A DNA stretch of 63,930 nt, counting the filler, from Sluysia triapertura (Eukaryota): the NCBI GenBank assembly GCA_046118255.1. It is 5 parts of 5 records of this genome, joined end to end, with 100 filler letters (N's around TTAATTAATTAA, not from the genome) between each part and the next. Parts side by side here need not be neighbours in the genome. Positions count along the whole stretch, not along the records: positions 1 to 12,272 come from JBJNIA010124079.1; positions 12,373 to 25,151 come from JBJNIA010082588.1; 3 more parts are not named here. One strand, given 5' to 3'. The notes under the pieces were generated by a model. The model worked only from the letters and a program-made list of their open reading frames with translations. It was not told where the DNA came from and did not search any database. Shown here in pieces: positions 1 to 12,756 of this stretch (position 1 is the stretch's first letter; each line of letters begins with the position of its first letter). Both the position numbers and the translations under genes were made by a program.

Positions 1-335
1 CTATTATTATCACCATTTTATTATCATTATTTCTCATTTTTGTGTTTGTAATTATGAGCATTTTTATTATCAGTATAAATCGATAAATCAGAAATAATTA
101 GTTTTTTTAAAATTTTATACATCAAACATTTTGTATTTTAAACTAAAGTTTCAACAAGTCACATTTTAATTACCTCGGTCAATTTCTATCGATGTTACTA
201 GCTCAGTAACATTGCCACCCATATTATTATCGCCGTCTACACTCATTACATACATTACTATTTTATGACTGAGTCATCGATGCTGTCATATGTGACAGCC
301 ATACATTAATTCTGACTTGTTTAGGTGTCCAATCA
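1..335 (+). promoter_or_regulatory. 3' part of the repeated LTR-like/promoter module (truncated by window start)
   Basis: TTA-rich tract 1-70, TGTCA-tatg-TGACA 284-297, CCAAT 329-333; same order as in the other copies. Confidence 0.5.
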
Positions 336-354
336 CATGAGAGCAGACTGTTTA

Positions 355-1545
355 TGAGTAATGAAGAAATAAAAATTATTTTTATTTGTGGAAAAGTATA
401 ATAAAATTTTTATCATTGCTCAATCTAAAAACAATTCTTGATGTTTACAGTAATACTTACTTATGAATTTGGTGGTTCACAATATTATTATTAACGTAGC
501 ATCCCGGCAATAGACATGGAAAAAAACATTTAGTTCTCCATTATATATGTTATTCAAATATACTGTACTCGACTTTGGTGAAAAAGATAATTTAAAAATT
601 GGTTATTTTGATAACGGCAAGCAAATAAAATACAGTAGATTTGAAGACGGATGTGATGTATTACAATATTTTAAAGACCAAATAATTATTCATTAAATAT
701 GAAATTTGTTAATCTAAAGTTAACTACAAATAAAAAATTAGTTTTTGGTGGTGTGTCTCATGAATTATTTAAGGTACTACCGAAAATTATAAGCTTTTTG
801 AATTATGAAATTAATGAAATCTATGTTAGATTAGTACAAGTACAAAATATTAGTACAAGAAGTTTAACTGCACGATTTTATCCATCTCAATCGAAAGAAA
901 TTACTATTATTTGTAAAAACAACAAAAAATTGTATTTTCAGGTTTAAATCAAGCCTATTCGTTGAATTACAAAATGATAAAGGAAGTATTGATAGATTAA
1001 TAGTATTGATAGATTAATTATAACAGTTGATGGTCAAGTTATTCAAATATCTATTAATGTATTTCTAACGGCTCACAAATTAGTAGATGTTGATTCATTT
1101 GTCATGACAAATAAAGTATCATCATTAAAGACAGACTTGTCGAATCAAAGATCTAAATAAATCCACAGAATTATGCTAATGAATACAAACGGTACAAAAT
1201 GGCTCTTTGTTTATATAAAACTACCAATACTGGCTAATGTTCCATATATGGCAAGAATTGCAGATATTGCCATGGAATTTATGAATTCATAGATGTTCTT
1301 AGTTATCCAGCAAATTTTAATGACTATTATGATAGAATCAAATCTCTTTTATCAAGCTTGGCAATCATACCTGACGTACATAATTTTTCTATTAGTGCTG
1401 TTAATGTTCTCAATAACAGTCGTGCTAATACTCCATCTGATCGAGTGATACAAGAAGAGACAAAAGTAATTATGAATTTTTTTGAGGTTTATATTGATTT
1501 AAAACATTTCATACTTTTATATCTTTTTAGACAAACATTTGAATG
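355..1545 (+). pseudogene. Degraded TIS11/ZFP36-like CCCH zinc-finger gene (module cargo)
   Basis: 1190-1276 translates RYKMALCLYKTTNTG*CSIYGKNCRYCHG (C-x10-C-x6-C-x3-H with an RYK..LC lead-in). Many stops and frameshifts. Possible 44-nt GT-AG intron at 1487-1530. Outer boundaries approximate. Confidence 0.65.
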
Positions 1546-2408
1546 TTTATCAAGGCATAATCAGAATTTAACAAAACGATTTGTAAAGATCTTTGTTTTT
1601 TGTGTAAACCTAAGTAAAATAGATAGTTTACGTTGTTACTTTTATTTTCTGTTAGAATTTAATAATTTTAAGTTAAATTTTGTAATAAAGTTTCTAATCA
1701 AAGATAATTGTAACAGTAATTTTCACTTTTTAATAAGATTTCTTAACAAAAGTAAATTTATTTTATTTGTTATTTCAATAAAGAATAATATAAATTATAT
1801 TATGAACATCATCATACCACATTATTGTTATTACCATTACACTTATCACTATCATTACTTATTGTTATTAATCATTATTTTATTAATCATTATTAATCAT
1901 TATTTTCATATTTTCAGACCTGCGATTTATTCCTGCACATTTACAAATTTATTATCAAATTTCTTAATTTAATTTTGATAACAAAATCTATTCGCCACTA
2001 ATCTAAAAACAAACTAGTAAGTTTTATTAAATTGCAAGTTAGATTTCACTCATTGAGTGCAAATCATAAAATCCACTCAAATTCTCTTTCAAAAAGATTT
2101 TAAAATATTAGTTGTGCAATGGGTGGAAACAGTTGATCTTATTAAATGTCTTAAAATATTTATTAAAAATTGTACAAAATCCATTAATGCTTAAAATATT
2201 ATATTGAAATTCGAAATTACTATTATAAAGTTTATATAAATGACTTAAGGTCCATTATCATCGAAATCAAAAGACCAAACACAGTAAACTAATATCTATT
2301 ATACACTTTCCTAAAATATAAAATGTGAAACAACAACGAAAATTTAACAGTTTAGACATATTATAATAAGAATAGAAAGGATATTTAACTTAGAATGTAC
2401 TTTATTGA

Positions 2409-2849
2409 TTAGATTAAATTAACTTCACGACAATGTTTCGAGAAAAAAATAAAAGATAATTTACCACTTTCTACTCTTGCACTTGAAACACATTTTCCGG
2501 ATTTTGCACTTTGAATCCGGCAATTTGTGATTTCATCATTAACACATATCCGACCAAATTCACGTCCTAGAAGATCTTCTTGTATCATAATTAACAACTT
2601 GGTTAGGAATCCTTCGACATCGCTAAACATGTTTCTGATATAGGTCAATAAATTAATTGAATATAAGCAAGGAGATATAGGTATGATAACTTCACATTGA
2701 CCGCTATATCTTCGCATTTGCTTAATGGGCATTTGAAATTTAAATCCAAATACGATCTTCAAGACTTGTACCGTTGAACAGTGCCTGTATAATCGAATTT
2801 GAATAGCAACACCTCGTGGCATTGGATGTACTAAAAGAAGGGAAATCAA
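2409..2849 (-). CDS. Unknown ORF or pseudogene, possibly module cargo
   Basis: 146-codon ORF with higher GC than background; lies downstream of a GT-rich segment ending GGTGGCAACA (3865); no family recognised. Confidence 0.3.
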   Translation of the reverse strand: MISLLLVHPMPRGVAIQIRLYRHCSTVQVLKIVFGFKFQMPIKQMRRYSGQCEVIIPISPCLYSINLLTYIRNMFSDVEGFLTKLLIMIQEDLLGREFGRICVNDEITNCRIQSAKSGKCVSSARVESGKLSFIFFSKHCREVNLI

Positions 2850-5800
2850 CTTCGCATCGGTTATTGAATTATTTATATTATTTGAATTTCATTAAAAAAT
2901 AGAAATATTTTATTCAATAATTTACAATAAATTAAAATATATTTCAAACTCCTATCATCAAATCACGCTAAATTTGAACATAATTATCATTCATTTATTT
3001 GTTTGTATGACGACATATCATATCTTTATTTTGATTCGAAACGTGTTTTGTGTGCATGCTCATACTGAAAATACACAGAAAATATTTGGTATGACATTCC
3101 AGCATTTTTGATGGATTTCAAGTTAATATTTACTTTCGAATATAAATCAGTAACACTAATTAATCAAAATTAATACTAAGGCAAAATGTCACGGTAGGTC
3201 CGGGTGTTCATTTTCGTGGAAACAATGTAAGGTAACTTTACTTCATTTTAACGAACAATGTAATTCCGTATGACATGACACAGCATTATCTCAAATAAAC
3301 ATCTTCTTCATTTAGCGGACGTGAAGTTAAAATCGATTATTTCCTTAAGAGAAGAAACTGAAATAATATTAAAAATAACAAAGCTGTGTAGCGCTGTGAC
3401 AATTGTGTGTTATTTGTTAAAGTCACATTTTTAATAAATACCAACATTGCATTTTATAAAATAAATCATTTTTATAATTTTATGGTTCCTAATGGCGATC
3501 GTGAGGACAAGAACGACACCGTAAAAAAGGAAAGTTTAATATTAACATATTTGGTTATTATGATTTTGATATAATTAATATTTGATATTATAGTGAAATT
3601 TTATAGTTTTATAATTTTATGATTTGTAAATTAAATTGTATTGGGTATAATGAATTGGTAATGTGTAAGGTGAGTTTGACGTAAAACAAATGTCTTTGTT
3701 GCTGAATGGTAATAAATTGTTATTGTAACTTGAATGTAATTTGTTGTAGGGTTTGAAATCTATATTGACTGTATCGAAATGACTGTATTAAAATGTTTTG
3801 CATATAAATTGTGCATGGCTTTAGGTATGAAATTATTTATGAGTTTATGTGTGAAGGTGGCAACAAGAAATATCGTGCATGGCTGTAACACCACAAGTTG
3901 ATAAAAATTAAAGGCTAAAAAAGGCTTTAATTTTAAATTCAGTATGATCAATTAAATTCTTGTAAGGTAAAGTTGATTTATCGAGCAAAAGGAAATGGAT
4001 TTTTGGTACTTTAATAATTTTTAGACATTAATTTATTTTTACTTTATTCAATTTACTTTATCCTAATGGATCTTATCAATTCTATTTACTCAATGATACA
4101 TTTTTAGTGGTATTTTATTTATTGAAATCAATGGATGTGGTATTTTTAGAAATAATGAATTTTTAATTAATTTATTACTAAGGGATTTACGGATATTTTA
4201 ACTATAAAGCAAATAAAACATATTTAGTCTCATAAGACTTCTTTAGCAACGATCCAACAAAATATATCCAAATATTACAAATTTGTGTTCCTGCTTGATT
4301 CGTGCTGATATAATCATATGTGTAGTGTTCCTGCTATGTTCGTACCGTTTCTGTTTATTTCGTTACTTGCAGATCGGCGATACTTGGCCTTTTTGTAAAA
4401 GATCCCTACGTTTTATTAAATAAGTTTTTATCTCATTTAAGTAAGGTATAACCTTCGTACTTAAAATTAAATTACTCTGACGCTAGTTTAAGCCAGTAAT
4501 AAAACAATCTTTAAATTATTTTGAAAAATTTATTAGGTTTGAAACTCTTAATAAAACAACTTTCTCTTTTTACTGTATTTTAAAAATTTCTTGTAATTAA
4601 TTTTTATTGTGCTCCTTTATTAATCCTTAGTTTTTGCAAGCAATTTTTATAACAGTAACATTTGTAAATAATAAATTGTTCTTTTTAGTTATGTTTTACT
4701 ATAACTTTATTGAATTATAGATTGTAAAATCAGAATAAACTTCAAAGCATAAATTATGGCTAAATTACACATTATATAAGAGTGCCATAAGTATAAGCTA
4801 TCATTTGACGTTACAAGTAAAAAATCATTATAGAATCTTCGAATAGGACTTATCATGATAAATTAGCTCACACAAGTCAAAGAAAACCAATAGGTACTTA
4901 TTTTTAGTATAAAATATAAATCTTATACTATGGGCAAACCCACACAAAATAATTTGCACATAGGCAATTTTTATATTTTACATAAAACATAGTATACATG
5001 TTGATTGTTGTATTTAATAAAAAGTTGGTAAACGTAGACTATGTTGAAACGAAAACATTTATATTAACTTCAAAATCTTAAAGCATAAGTTAAGTGCATA
5101 AATTATAACGTAAATTTCCATTTATAGAATTAAGATCCTCTCTTAACGTAACTATACAGAAGTTAAAGTAAATAAAGTAAATTGAAGAATAAAATATTAA
5201 AGTCAAAATTTACGTTAAGATTTGTCATTTATAGATATAGGAACGCCAACTCTATGTAATAAACCATTTACTGCTAAAATTTATTTTGCTGTAGATTAAA
5301 AATAAAGAAAACCACAACATTTCAATAGCTTTCAAAGTTTTTTATTTTTATCATTTTTCTCTTAATTATATTCAAGTGCACAATTTTTTGAGATTAGATG
5401 TCATATTCAATGTCTGGCTTGTTCAAAAATTTCATAAATACTCCGAACTGAGAATGTAGCTCTTTGATTAGGTGTCTTAGAGAATATAATGTAATTATAA
5501 ACTTATACTCATACTTCTTTTTCTTATTATTATTATTATTGTGTAATATCAAACCTATTTATATTTTTTTCATTTTAAGTTCATAGTAAATATCTTTTGT
5601 TCATATTTATGAGTTTCTATTCTACAAATCATAATTTATTTAGCAAACTATTTTAGTAAATTAGTAAATACAATCATTTTTATTTTTATTTCCAAAAACA
5701 TATATCTAGTTTCAGAAATATAACAAAGAATTCCTTCGTTTTCTAGCATCACTATAAAAATTTTATTAATATTCTATTTTTTAAAAATTATATATTAAAT

Positions 5801-5982
5801 TTTCTAAAATTCTTAGATATAAACTTAGCATATAGTACAAATTGAGAATATTTATTTAAAAATTATTAAAATTTTAAAATTTTTAAAAAAATTAGAAATT
5901 ATTTAGAAATTATATATATATATTTAGATTAATGAAATATTTTATTTAATTTTATCAACATAAAAACTACCTTTAATAGATT

Positions 5983-6557
5983 ATGCCTTTAGAAAGAATA
6001 AATTTAGATAAACCTCGATATGATCAGTCAACATTTTATGGACGCGCTCAGCATTTTTTTACAACAGTTAACCCACTTAATGTATTTAAAAGTACTGAAG
6101 AATTGATTGAATCTAAACGAATAATTGATTCTTATAAAGCTGGAAATGATATGCCAGAATTATCTGAAGAAAAACTATGGTATTATAAGACTGTATACGA
6201 CTCTGCATTTCACCCAGATACTGGAAATTTAATGTTTTTGCCAGGTAGAATGTCTTTTCAAGTTCCAGCAAATGTAGTAATAACTGGATGTTTAATGAGT
6301 TTTTATAAGTAATTTAATATTTTAATTTAAAAAAGTACAATTTTAGAAGTAATGCAGCTATTGTATTTTGGCAATGGTTTAATCAGACATTTAATGCTCT
6401 CGTAAATTATACAAATAATTCAGGATCATCGCCAATTAGTAAAAAGTATTAAATAGTTTTTATATTTTGATCAAAAATTAGACGGCTGGGTATATCTTAT
6501 GTATTAGCAACTGGTGGGGCTTTGTCTACAGCTTTGTACATCAACAAACAAGTAGCA
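5983..6557 (+). CDS. SFXN: Sideroflexin (mitochondrial amino-acid carrier), 5' exons 5983-6308, 6347-6445, 6482-6557; 3' part not found
   Basis: [34 protein letters not shown], then [17 protein letters not shown] and [12 protein letters not shown] after splicing 38-nt and 36-nt GT-AG introns. Confidence 0.95.
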
Positions 6558-7649
6558 GTAAGTTTTACTTTACAATATTTAATTCTAAGCGTTTCAAGAA
6601 GCATACTCAGTAATTATAATAAATTAACGCCAATAAATTAAATTTGATATTTTGTGGTAAAGTATGTTTAAAGTTTGATTTAAATTTACTGGAGATGATT
6701 TAGCTAATACTTGAGATCTATTTCGCAGAAGTACGCAAGGAAGTTAGGACAAAAACATTTTAGAATTTGAAAATGCTAAAATAATTTTCTACTAAATAAA
6801 TCAAAAGTTTACACATTCTTAATTCCACCTTTACATATAAAATCAAAAGTACACAAGCTCCGAATCTTTGTCTCTGTTCATTTCGAGTAAAGTGTAATGT
6901 GTGTTTCTAAAATGTATAAATATCTTTATTTGAATAGTCAAACTTTTGCAATTATTGAAAATTGTTTGTGAAATAAAATCCTTTATAGCTCAGTCTTTCA
7001 ACTATTTCATCTAAATTTAATTGTACCTAGAAATATCTGATGAAAGATATAGAAGTGCTTTATTAGAACTTTGAATATTTAAATTTAGACTTTTAATCCA
7101 AACTTTCTCCTTAGTCTCACTGTATAAAACAAATTATGATTTCACTAAATTTATTGAGGATAAAACAAACTAAAGTACAGTAATGATAATACATAAAAAG
7201 GAAAAATAGTAAACAAACCACTCGTAATGTAATTAAAATTCTTAATATTTTAATATTAATATTAATTATGATATTACTCGTCTAGTTATCACATTATTTA
7301 AATGTGACCTAAAATATTCGAGATTCAAGTTTGTTAGTACCGTTATTGCCCAGATATCTATCGACATGACCCAAAAAAAAGTCCGTAATGCTACTTTTTG
7401 AGGTATATGTGATGTTATTGCTAATTTATGGGGTTTTGAATTAGATTCGATGGCATGAGTGTTTATTTGCATTACCGAATTAAAAATTTGTGCCAGAGGC
7501 GTTTTAGTATATAATTATAGTACTTCATTCAAAATATTTGTATCAATATTAGCCGATTTAGGAGTTTATGGTTTAAAGTGATTTTTATTATCTTTATAAC
7601 GTGGCTTATTTTATTAAAAATTACATGGATTAAATTTCAGTTAATTTTA

Positions 7650-8847
7650 TTGTCTTAATTTATTGTCATTGTTTTTAATTTTTGTTCTTTTATTAATTTT
7701 ATCTTAAAAAATGCAAAGTAAAAAAACTAAATTTATTGTAGCATAAACTAAATATATAACGTAAACTAAAGTTTATTACATTTTTTAAAATTTTGGTTTG
7801 ATAGCTCATGTTCTGGCACGTTATGACTGTCTGTGTTAGATTCTCCCTTAATAATAAATACAAATATAAAAAATCAGTAATTGATAGGTAAATATTTAAA
7901 ATTACTTCGACTAAATTATTTAAGCAACAATCGGGCTTAATATTGTTCGTAGTACCAGCAACTAATTGATCAATACAGATGTTCGCAAAAGAATTGATTT
8001 GTTGATCTAAGATAAATTGCTTCGAAGATGTGTAAATAGGGACAATATACGCCAAATTTTAGACATAAGCCGGCTTCATTTAACTGAGATGGACATTGAA
8101 ACGTCATTTCTTTGATACAAGAATTTCCACTGGAATTATCTTGTTTAATTTTGTAAACATTATTGTTGATAATATTTATATAATTAGAGATGCATTCGCA
8201 TATATAGATTTTATTGAATTTTTGATATTCAATATTTTTCATGAAATACATTTGGCCTGTTGTAGTGGACTCCACTAAGAGCTGTTTCAGTTCATAAACA
8301 CAAAATTTCTTTCACATCTCGAATGATTTTATCAAACACAGTTTCAGTTAAACACGTCACTAGCATGCCGTAAAATTGTTCAAGAACATGTAAACTTTTA
8401 TAATCTGATCTAAGGTCACGAAACCCTTGACAAACACCATCAACTTCATCTATAAGAATCGGTGTATGTTTTCGAGAATACTTTCATAAAATTTTTTCTC
8501 TTTGCAGCTTTTTCTGAAATTGCCAAGATAAGCTTAAATTGTAGTTGTTCAATTGAGTTTGTTTGTAAGACTTTATAAACTTCAGTTAGACTTTTTGTTG
8601 CACGATTTGAGTCTAAAACTCTACATGTGATCTCAGAATTTTTTGAATAACTTATTTGATCTTGTACTAATGGTGTGATTGATAATAAGACAATTGTAAC
8701 TTTTCCTTGATTAGGCTTATCTTTAATACGAACAAGCTTTAACTCATCATTATTAATAATTTCAATATGATTTTTAGTGTTAATAATTACATCTTTCAAT
8801 CTTTTAACTTCATTGTGACATTTACTAATTCTTTGTTGATTATTCAT
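7650..8847 (-). pseudogene. Degraded CCCH zinc-finger gene (cargo of module A)
   Basis: Fragmented ORFs 8446-8847, 7970-8275 and 7699-8055; CPSQLNEAGLCLKFGVYCPYLH = C-x9-C-x6-C-x3-H; candidate 3' intron 7703-7779. Confidence 0.6.
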
Positions 8848-9063
8848 TTACGAATTAAGTGATTAGATAATTAAAGATACTTGTTTTTATTTACTTTTGT
8901 TTTTAATTTTTTTGCTAACAGTTCGTTCATTTTTTATTTTATAATACTGCCAATTTTGTTTAGTTGGTTTTTCACTATTAACTTTTGTTCTCTTTGTCCT
9001 GTTAAAATCAAAATTTTTAATTGTTATTACTGCGAATCTATTTTTACGCAGCAACTCACGAAT

Positions 9064-9241
9064 GATTGGACGTCCAATCAGGTTATACCAAATATGATCT
9101 GAATAGTCTGTCATCGGTAGACAGATCAATTAAAGCTAATTCAATATTTCATATTTGCTGTCTACCGATGACAGATAATGAATGAACTTTGGTAATTAGG
9201 CCGACTAAAATACTGGTGACGAAATTAAAATAAATAATTGC

Positions 9242-9292
<51 letters not shown>

Positions 9293-9944
9293 CGAAATAA
9301 TTAGATAAAATAAAATAATAATATTAAAATTAGACAAAACAAAATGCATAAACTTTGTATTTCTTTTGCTTACATAATCTTTCTTTTGTAAAATCTTTTG
9401 TTCTGAACATATTTTCTGAAAAGCAATAAAAATATGAATTTAAAATGTTTTAGTGGAATTAAAAATGTAAATTAATGGTTTGAGTGAAAGTATGATTTAG
9501 ATGTTGAAATTGTGGATTTGAATGCTTTAAATGAATTTTTAAATGAGCATTGATGATTTTGAATGTAATTGTAGTTTGGATATTCTAAGCTTGTGAATAA
9601 ACATGTTCTGAATAAACTTTAAATTGTAGATTGATGGTTTTAGATGTATTTGTAGTTGTGGTGTTGTGAATTATATGTTAAAATGTTTTAAATAAAATTT
9701 AATGTGCGTTAATGGCTTTGAATATAGACGTGATTTTGGTATTAAAATGAGGATAGTTCTCGTGGATCTGATGAAACAAAATATAAAAAGAAGGTTTTAA
9801 TACGTTCTAAAAGGTAGTTGTATAATGTTAACTAATGTAATTATTATTGTAATGTCATGGAATTATGAGTAGAAAATGTTTTTAATGGATTATTAAATGT
9901 AAATTATTAAAATAAAATTTTAATACATTGTGTTAGCCACAACA
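9064..9944 (-). mobile_element. LTR-like promoter module, copy A
   Basis: Minus-strand start TGTTGTGGCTAACA; ATGCATAAACTT at 9344; (TAA)n 9243-9290; 18-bp perfect inverted repeat 9107-9175; perfect palindrome GATTGGACGTCCAATC 9064-9079. Confidence 0.6.
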
Positions 9945-9997
9945 ATTATTAACTGAATACTTGATCTTAAAGGCTAGCTTAAACTGATTGATTTAAC

Positions 9998-10192
9998 TGC
10001 GTCAATTGACGCAAATGACATATTCCAGTAATGCCATCACTGGAGTTTGAATGGAAAAATTAGGGAAAAAATACGATGTCATAACCTTAATTCCAACACA
10101 CTTCTGAAAGTATCAGCCAATTGCAAGCATTTACGTCAATTGACGCATGTGGGCCTTCTAGGTATTAAAAATTTTGGCCTTTCTAGTGTTAA
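9998..10192. mobile_element. piggyBac-type non-autonomous remnant
   Basis: On the minus strand the right end reads TTAA-CACTAGAAAGGCC...TGCGTCAATTGACG, resembling the piggyBac end TTAACCCTAGAAAG...TGCGTAAAATTGACGC. Palindrome TGCGTCAATTGACGCA at 9998-10013, near-copy at 10132-10147. Confidence 0.6.
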
Positions 10193-10991
10193 TAAAATTT
10201 AGTTGTAGATAATTATTTTGGTTTAGCTATTACTTATTGAGCATGTAAACGAAAAGCTTTAATTGATAATTAATTTCATATATAATTATTAATTTAAGTT
10301 TTGATTGTGTTTATTAGGCGGGCTGACCCTTAGATATTTTGCAAGTATAAGTAAGAAAGAAAAAACATCTTTGATAATTAAGGCTATGTCTAAATCAGAA
10401 AATTTAAAATTTATAATGATTTTTAGGATGGAGTTATTCTGTTTCATAAATAACTTACGAATTATTTTAAAGATTCGTATAAGTAATTTTCAAAGTAACT
10501 TGGGTCATATTTATTAAATTAATCGAAATCTAGTCCATACAATGATGATAAATTAAACAACTAAATAATTTCATAACAATCGAACTACTCAAATCTTGAT
10601 ATTTAACGTTAAAACCAAAATCTAATTTCAATCTCTAGTATCGTATTTTAACTTCTTATTTTGGTATATTTATGAGGGTGCTATAACCATAGTTTATTTC
10701 GAAATTGATACTTTTTCAAATTATTGTAAAATAAAGTATAATTTCTTCAATAAATAATGGATGCGTAACGCCTTTTTATTGTCGACATTATCGACGGCGT
10801 ATTTGCTGGTTTGCTTGATTTGGAAATACTAAGACTGGAAATAATATTTTCGAATATCTATTCGAGATTATTCCATCAATGAGAATGCAGTAAACTCAAA
10901 TTTAATTAAGAACAAAGTCGTCAAAAGAAGTGGAAGCAATAAACTATTCTTTTAAACTATTTCGAACAATATTTTAATTTATTTCATAATA

Positions 10992-11454
10992 CAGTGTCGT
11001 TACGAAATAGAATACTTTTGATTAGGAAATGTAAAACATTTTATTAAAATGTATAAAAAGTACAATAATACAAGGATATTCTTAATTTCCTAATCGAGAA
11101 ATTAATACTTCTTAATGAATATTCAATCTTATGACTATTTATCGCCAAGATATTTTGAGTCTCTTGGCATCCAATAGAATTATTTATAAATTCATTCCAC
11201 CTTAAACGCCTCAGCTGAATCCAATTGAGGAATTTTTTGGAGTATTAAGGCTAGATATAGGCCAACAAATGCAATAGAAATTCAGAATACTGTTGATAAA
11301 GTGTTGGGCAGCTATAATGAAAATTTAATTCCATTTGATAACAAGCAACTTTTTGTGTTGTGTCAAAATTTTGTATCCGGAGATTATTTTTATATTTCCT
11401 AATGAAAAATTTTACGTTTTGTAATCAAAAGTTTTATGTTTCGTAATAACACTG
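10992..11454 (+). mobile_element. IS630-Tc1/mariner deletion derivative
   Basis: Imperfect ~32-bp TIRs (CAGTGTCGTTACGAAA.../...TTTCGTAATAACACTG) flanked by TA; internal IPP*TPQLNPIEEFF motif near 11190-11240. Confidence 0.8.
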
Positions 11455-11519
11455 TAATTATTGCGCAATAACATATTTGATAAACTTTTCGATTCAGTTT
11501 CGTGGTGCAAAATTTTCAG

Positions 11520-11815
11520 TTTCAAAATATTGTCGCTACCGCCAGGCCGCTCCCTCCACTCGAGTGAATACATGACATTCATTTTAAATTACCCTGCCAA
11601 CGAATCTCTCATCTTTAAGTTGAAGGTGTACAAAACAGTGTACAACGGATCTGTCAACACATTATTGGAGGTGTTCGAGATCGCGGGAAATTCGATTTAC
11701 ACAAATCAGAGTATTATTGGAAGCCACATAACGGTGGGCTGCACTATCGGCTACTTCATCGGATATACCTTGGTGAAATTGATTAACTCAACGTTCTTAA
11801 AAGTAATATCGTGTT
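11520..11815 (+). CDS. Probable isolated exon of an unknown gene
   Basis: Open frame with elevated GC, TTTTCAG acceptor at 11519 and GTTAGT donor near 11813; no family recognised. Confidence 0.3.
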
Positions 11816-11934
11816 AGTACTTGAAAAATAATTAATAATTGATTATTATTACTATTACAGGATGATAATTATGAAGAATATCTTATTTTAAAATAAATCC
11901 CGATAAAATAAAGTAGAGATTCCTATATATTAAG

Positions 11935-12272
11935 AAAGAAATATAATATACATCAATGATGCTTTAAGTGTAATCGAATAATATGAATCTAAATACCACA
12001 TAATATGTGTTGATGACGGGCAAATATACACTGAATATATACCAAATATAAAATGGTTTGGAAATAAATACTTGAAAATAATCAATGAAGAAAAGTCAGA
12101 ATTTATAATCATCAGTAATAAAAATAGCTAAAACACCAAAATAAATGAAACAAAGTTAATAGTCGGTGGTAAGATACACTAGATGCGAAGCAAAAAGTAC
12201 GAAATATAGGTTGTTATATGGATTCAAAAATGAATATGGAAGAAAATATTAATTGTATTGTTAAAAAGTGTA
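11935..12272 (+). mobile_element. L2/CR1-group non-LTR RT remnant
   Basis: YINDALSVIE...YH..VDD (decayed YADD motif); homologous to 21920-22175 in the opposite orientation. Confidence 0.65.
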
Positions 12273-12372
12273 NNNNNNNNNNNNNNNNNNNNNNNNNNNN
12301 NNNNNNNNNNNNNNNNTTAATTAATTAANNNNNNNNNNNNNNNNNNNNNNNNNNNNNNNNNNNNNNNNNNNN
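12273..12372. other. Assembly linker/gap
   Basis: N44-TTAATTAATTAA-N44; stops in all six frames. Confidence 0.99.
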
Positions 12373-12756
12373 AAAGATTTTATTTCTCAATTATTTTAAA
12401 GATATTATACAATTTATAAGGTTACTAAAGGATCTCAAATGCCTATCGATATTTCAAGAATACCTAAAGGTTACTAAGGTCTTCAATAATCTAAAGTTCT
12501 AAGATTCAAAAGGTACCTTAATGCTTGCAAAGGTTTTTCAAGTCCATCTCAAGCTTTCATAAGATCTCAAACCCTTATATAGGTCTTTGGAACTCTAAGG
12601 TATTCTTTAACTGTTAACATTATTATAGATATTTTTACTCTCATGATTCTTATTCCACTAATGTTTACCATGTTCAATCCATCACTGTGTATCAGCTTTT
12701 CCCTAATTTTATATGTTTTCATTCATCTCCAGATCCACAGTTGGGCAATCCCAACA
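12373..12756 (-). repeat. Solo-LTR-like repeat, inverted copy of 21127-21520
   Basis: Shares TGTTGGGAT..CCCAACTGTGGA, GACCTATATAAGG (TATA) and TTGAGAAATAAAATC with the 21.1-kb copy. Confidence 0.6.
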
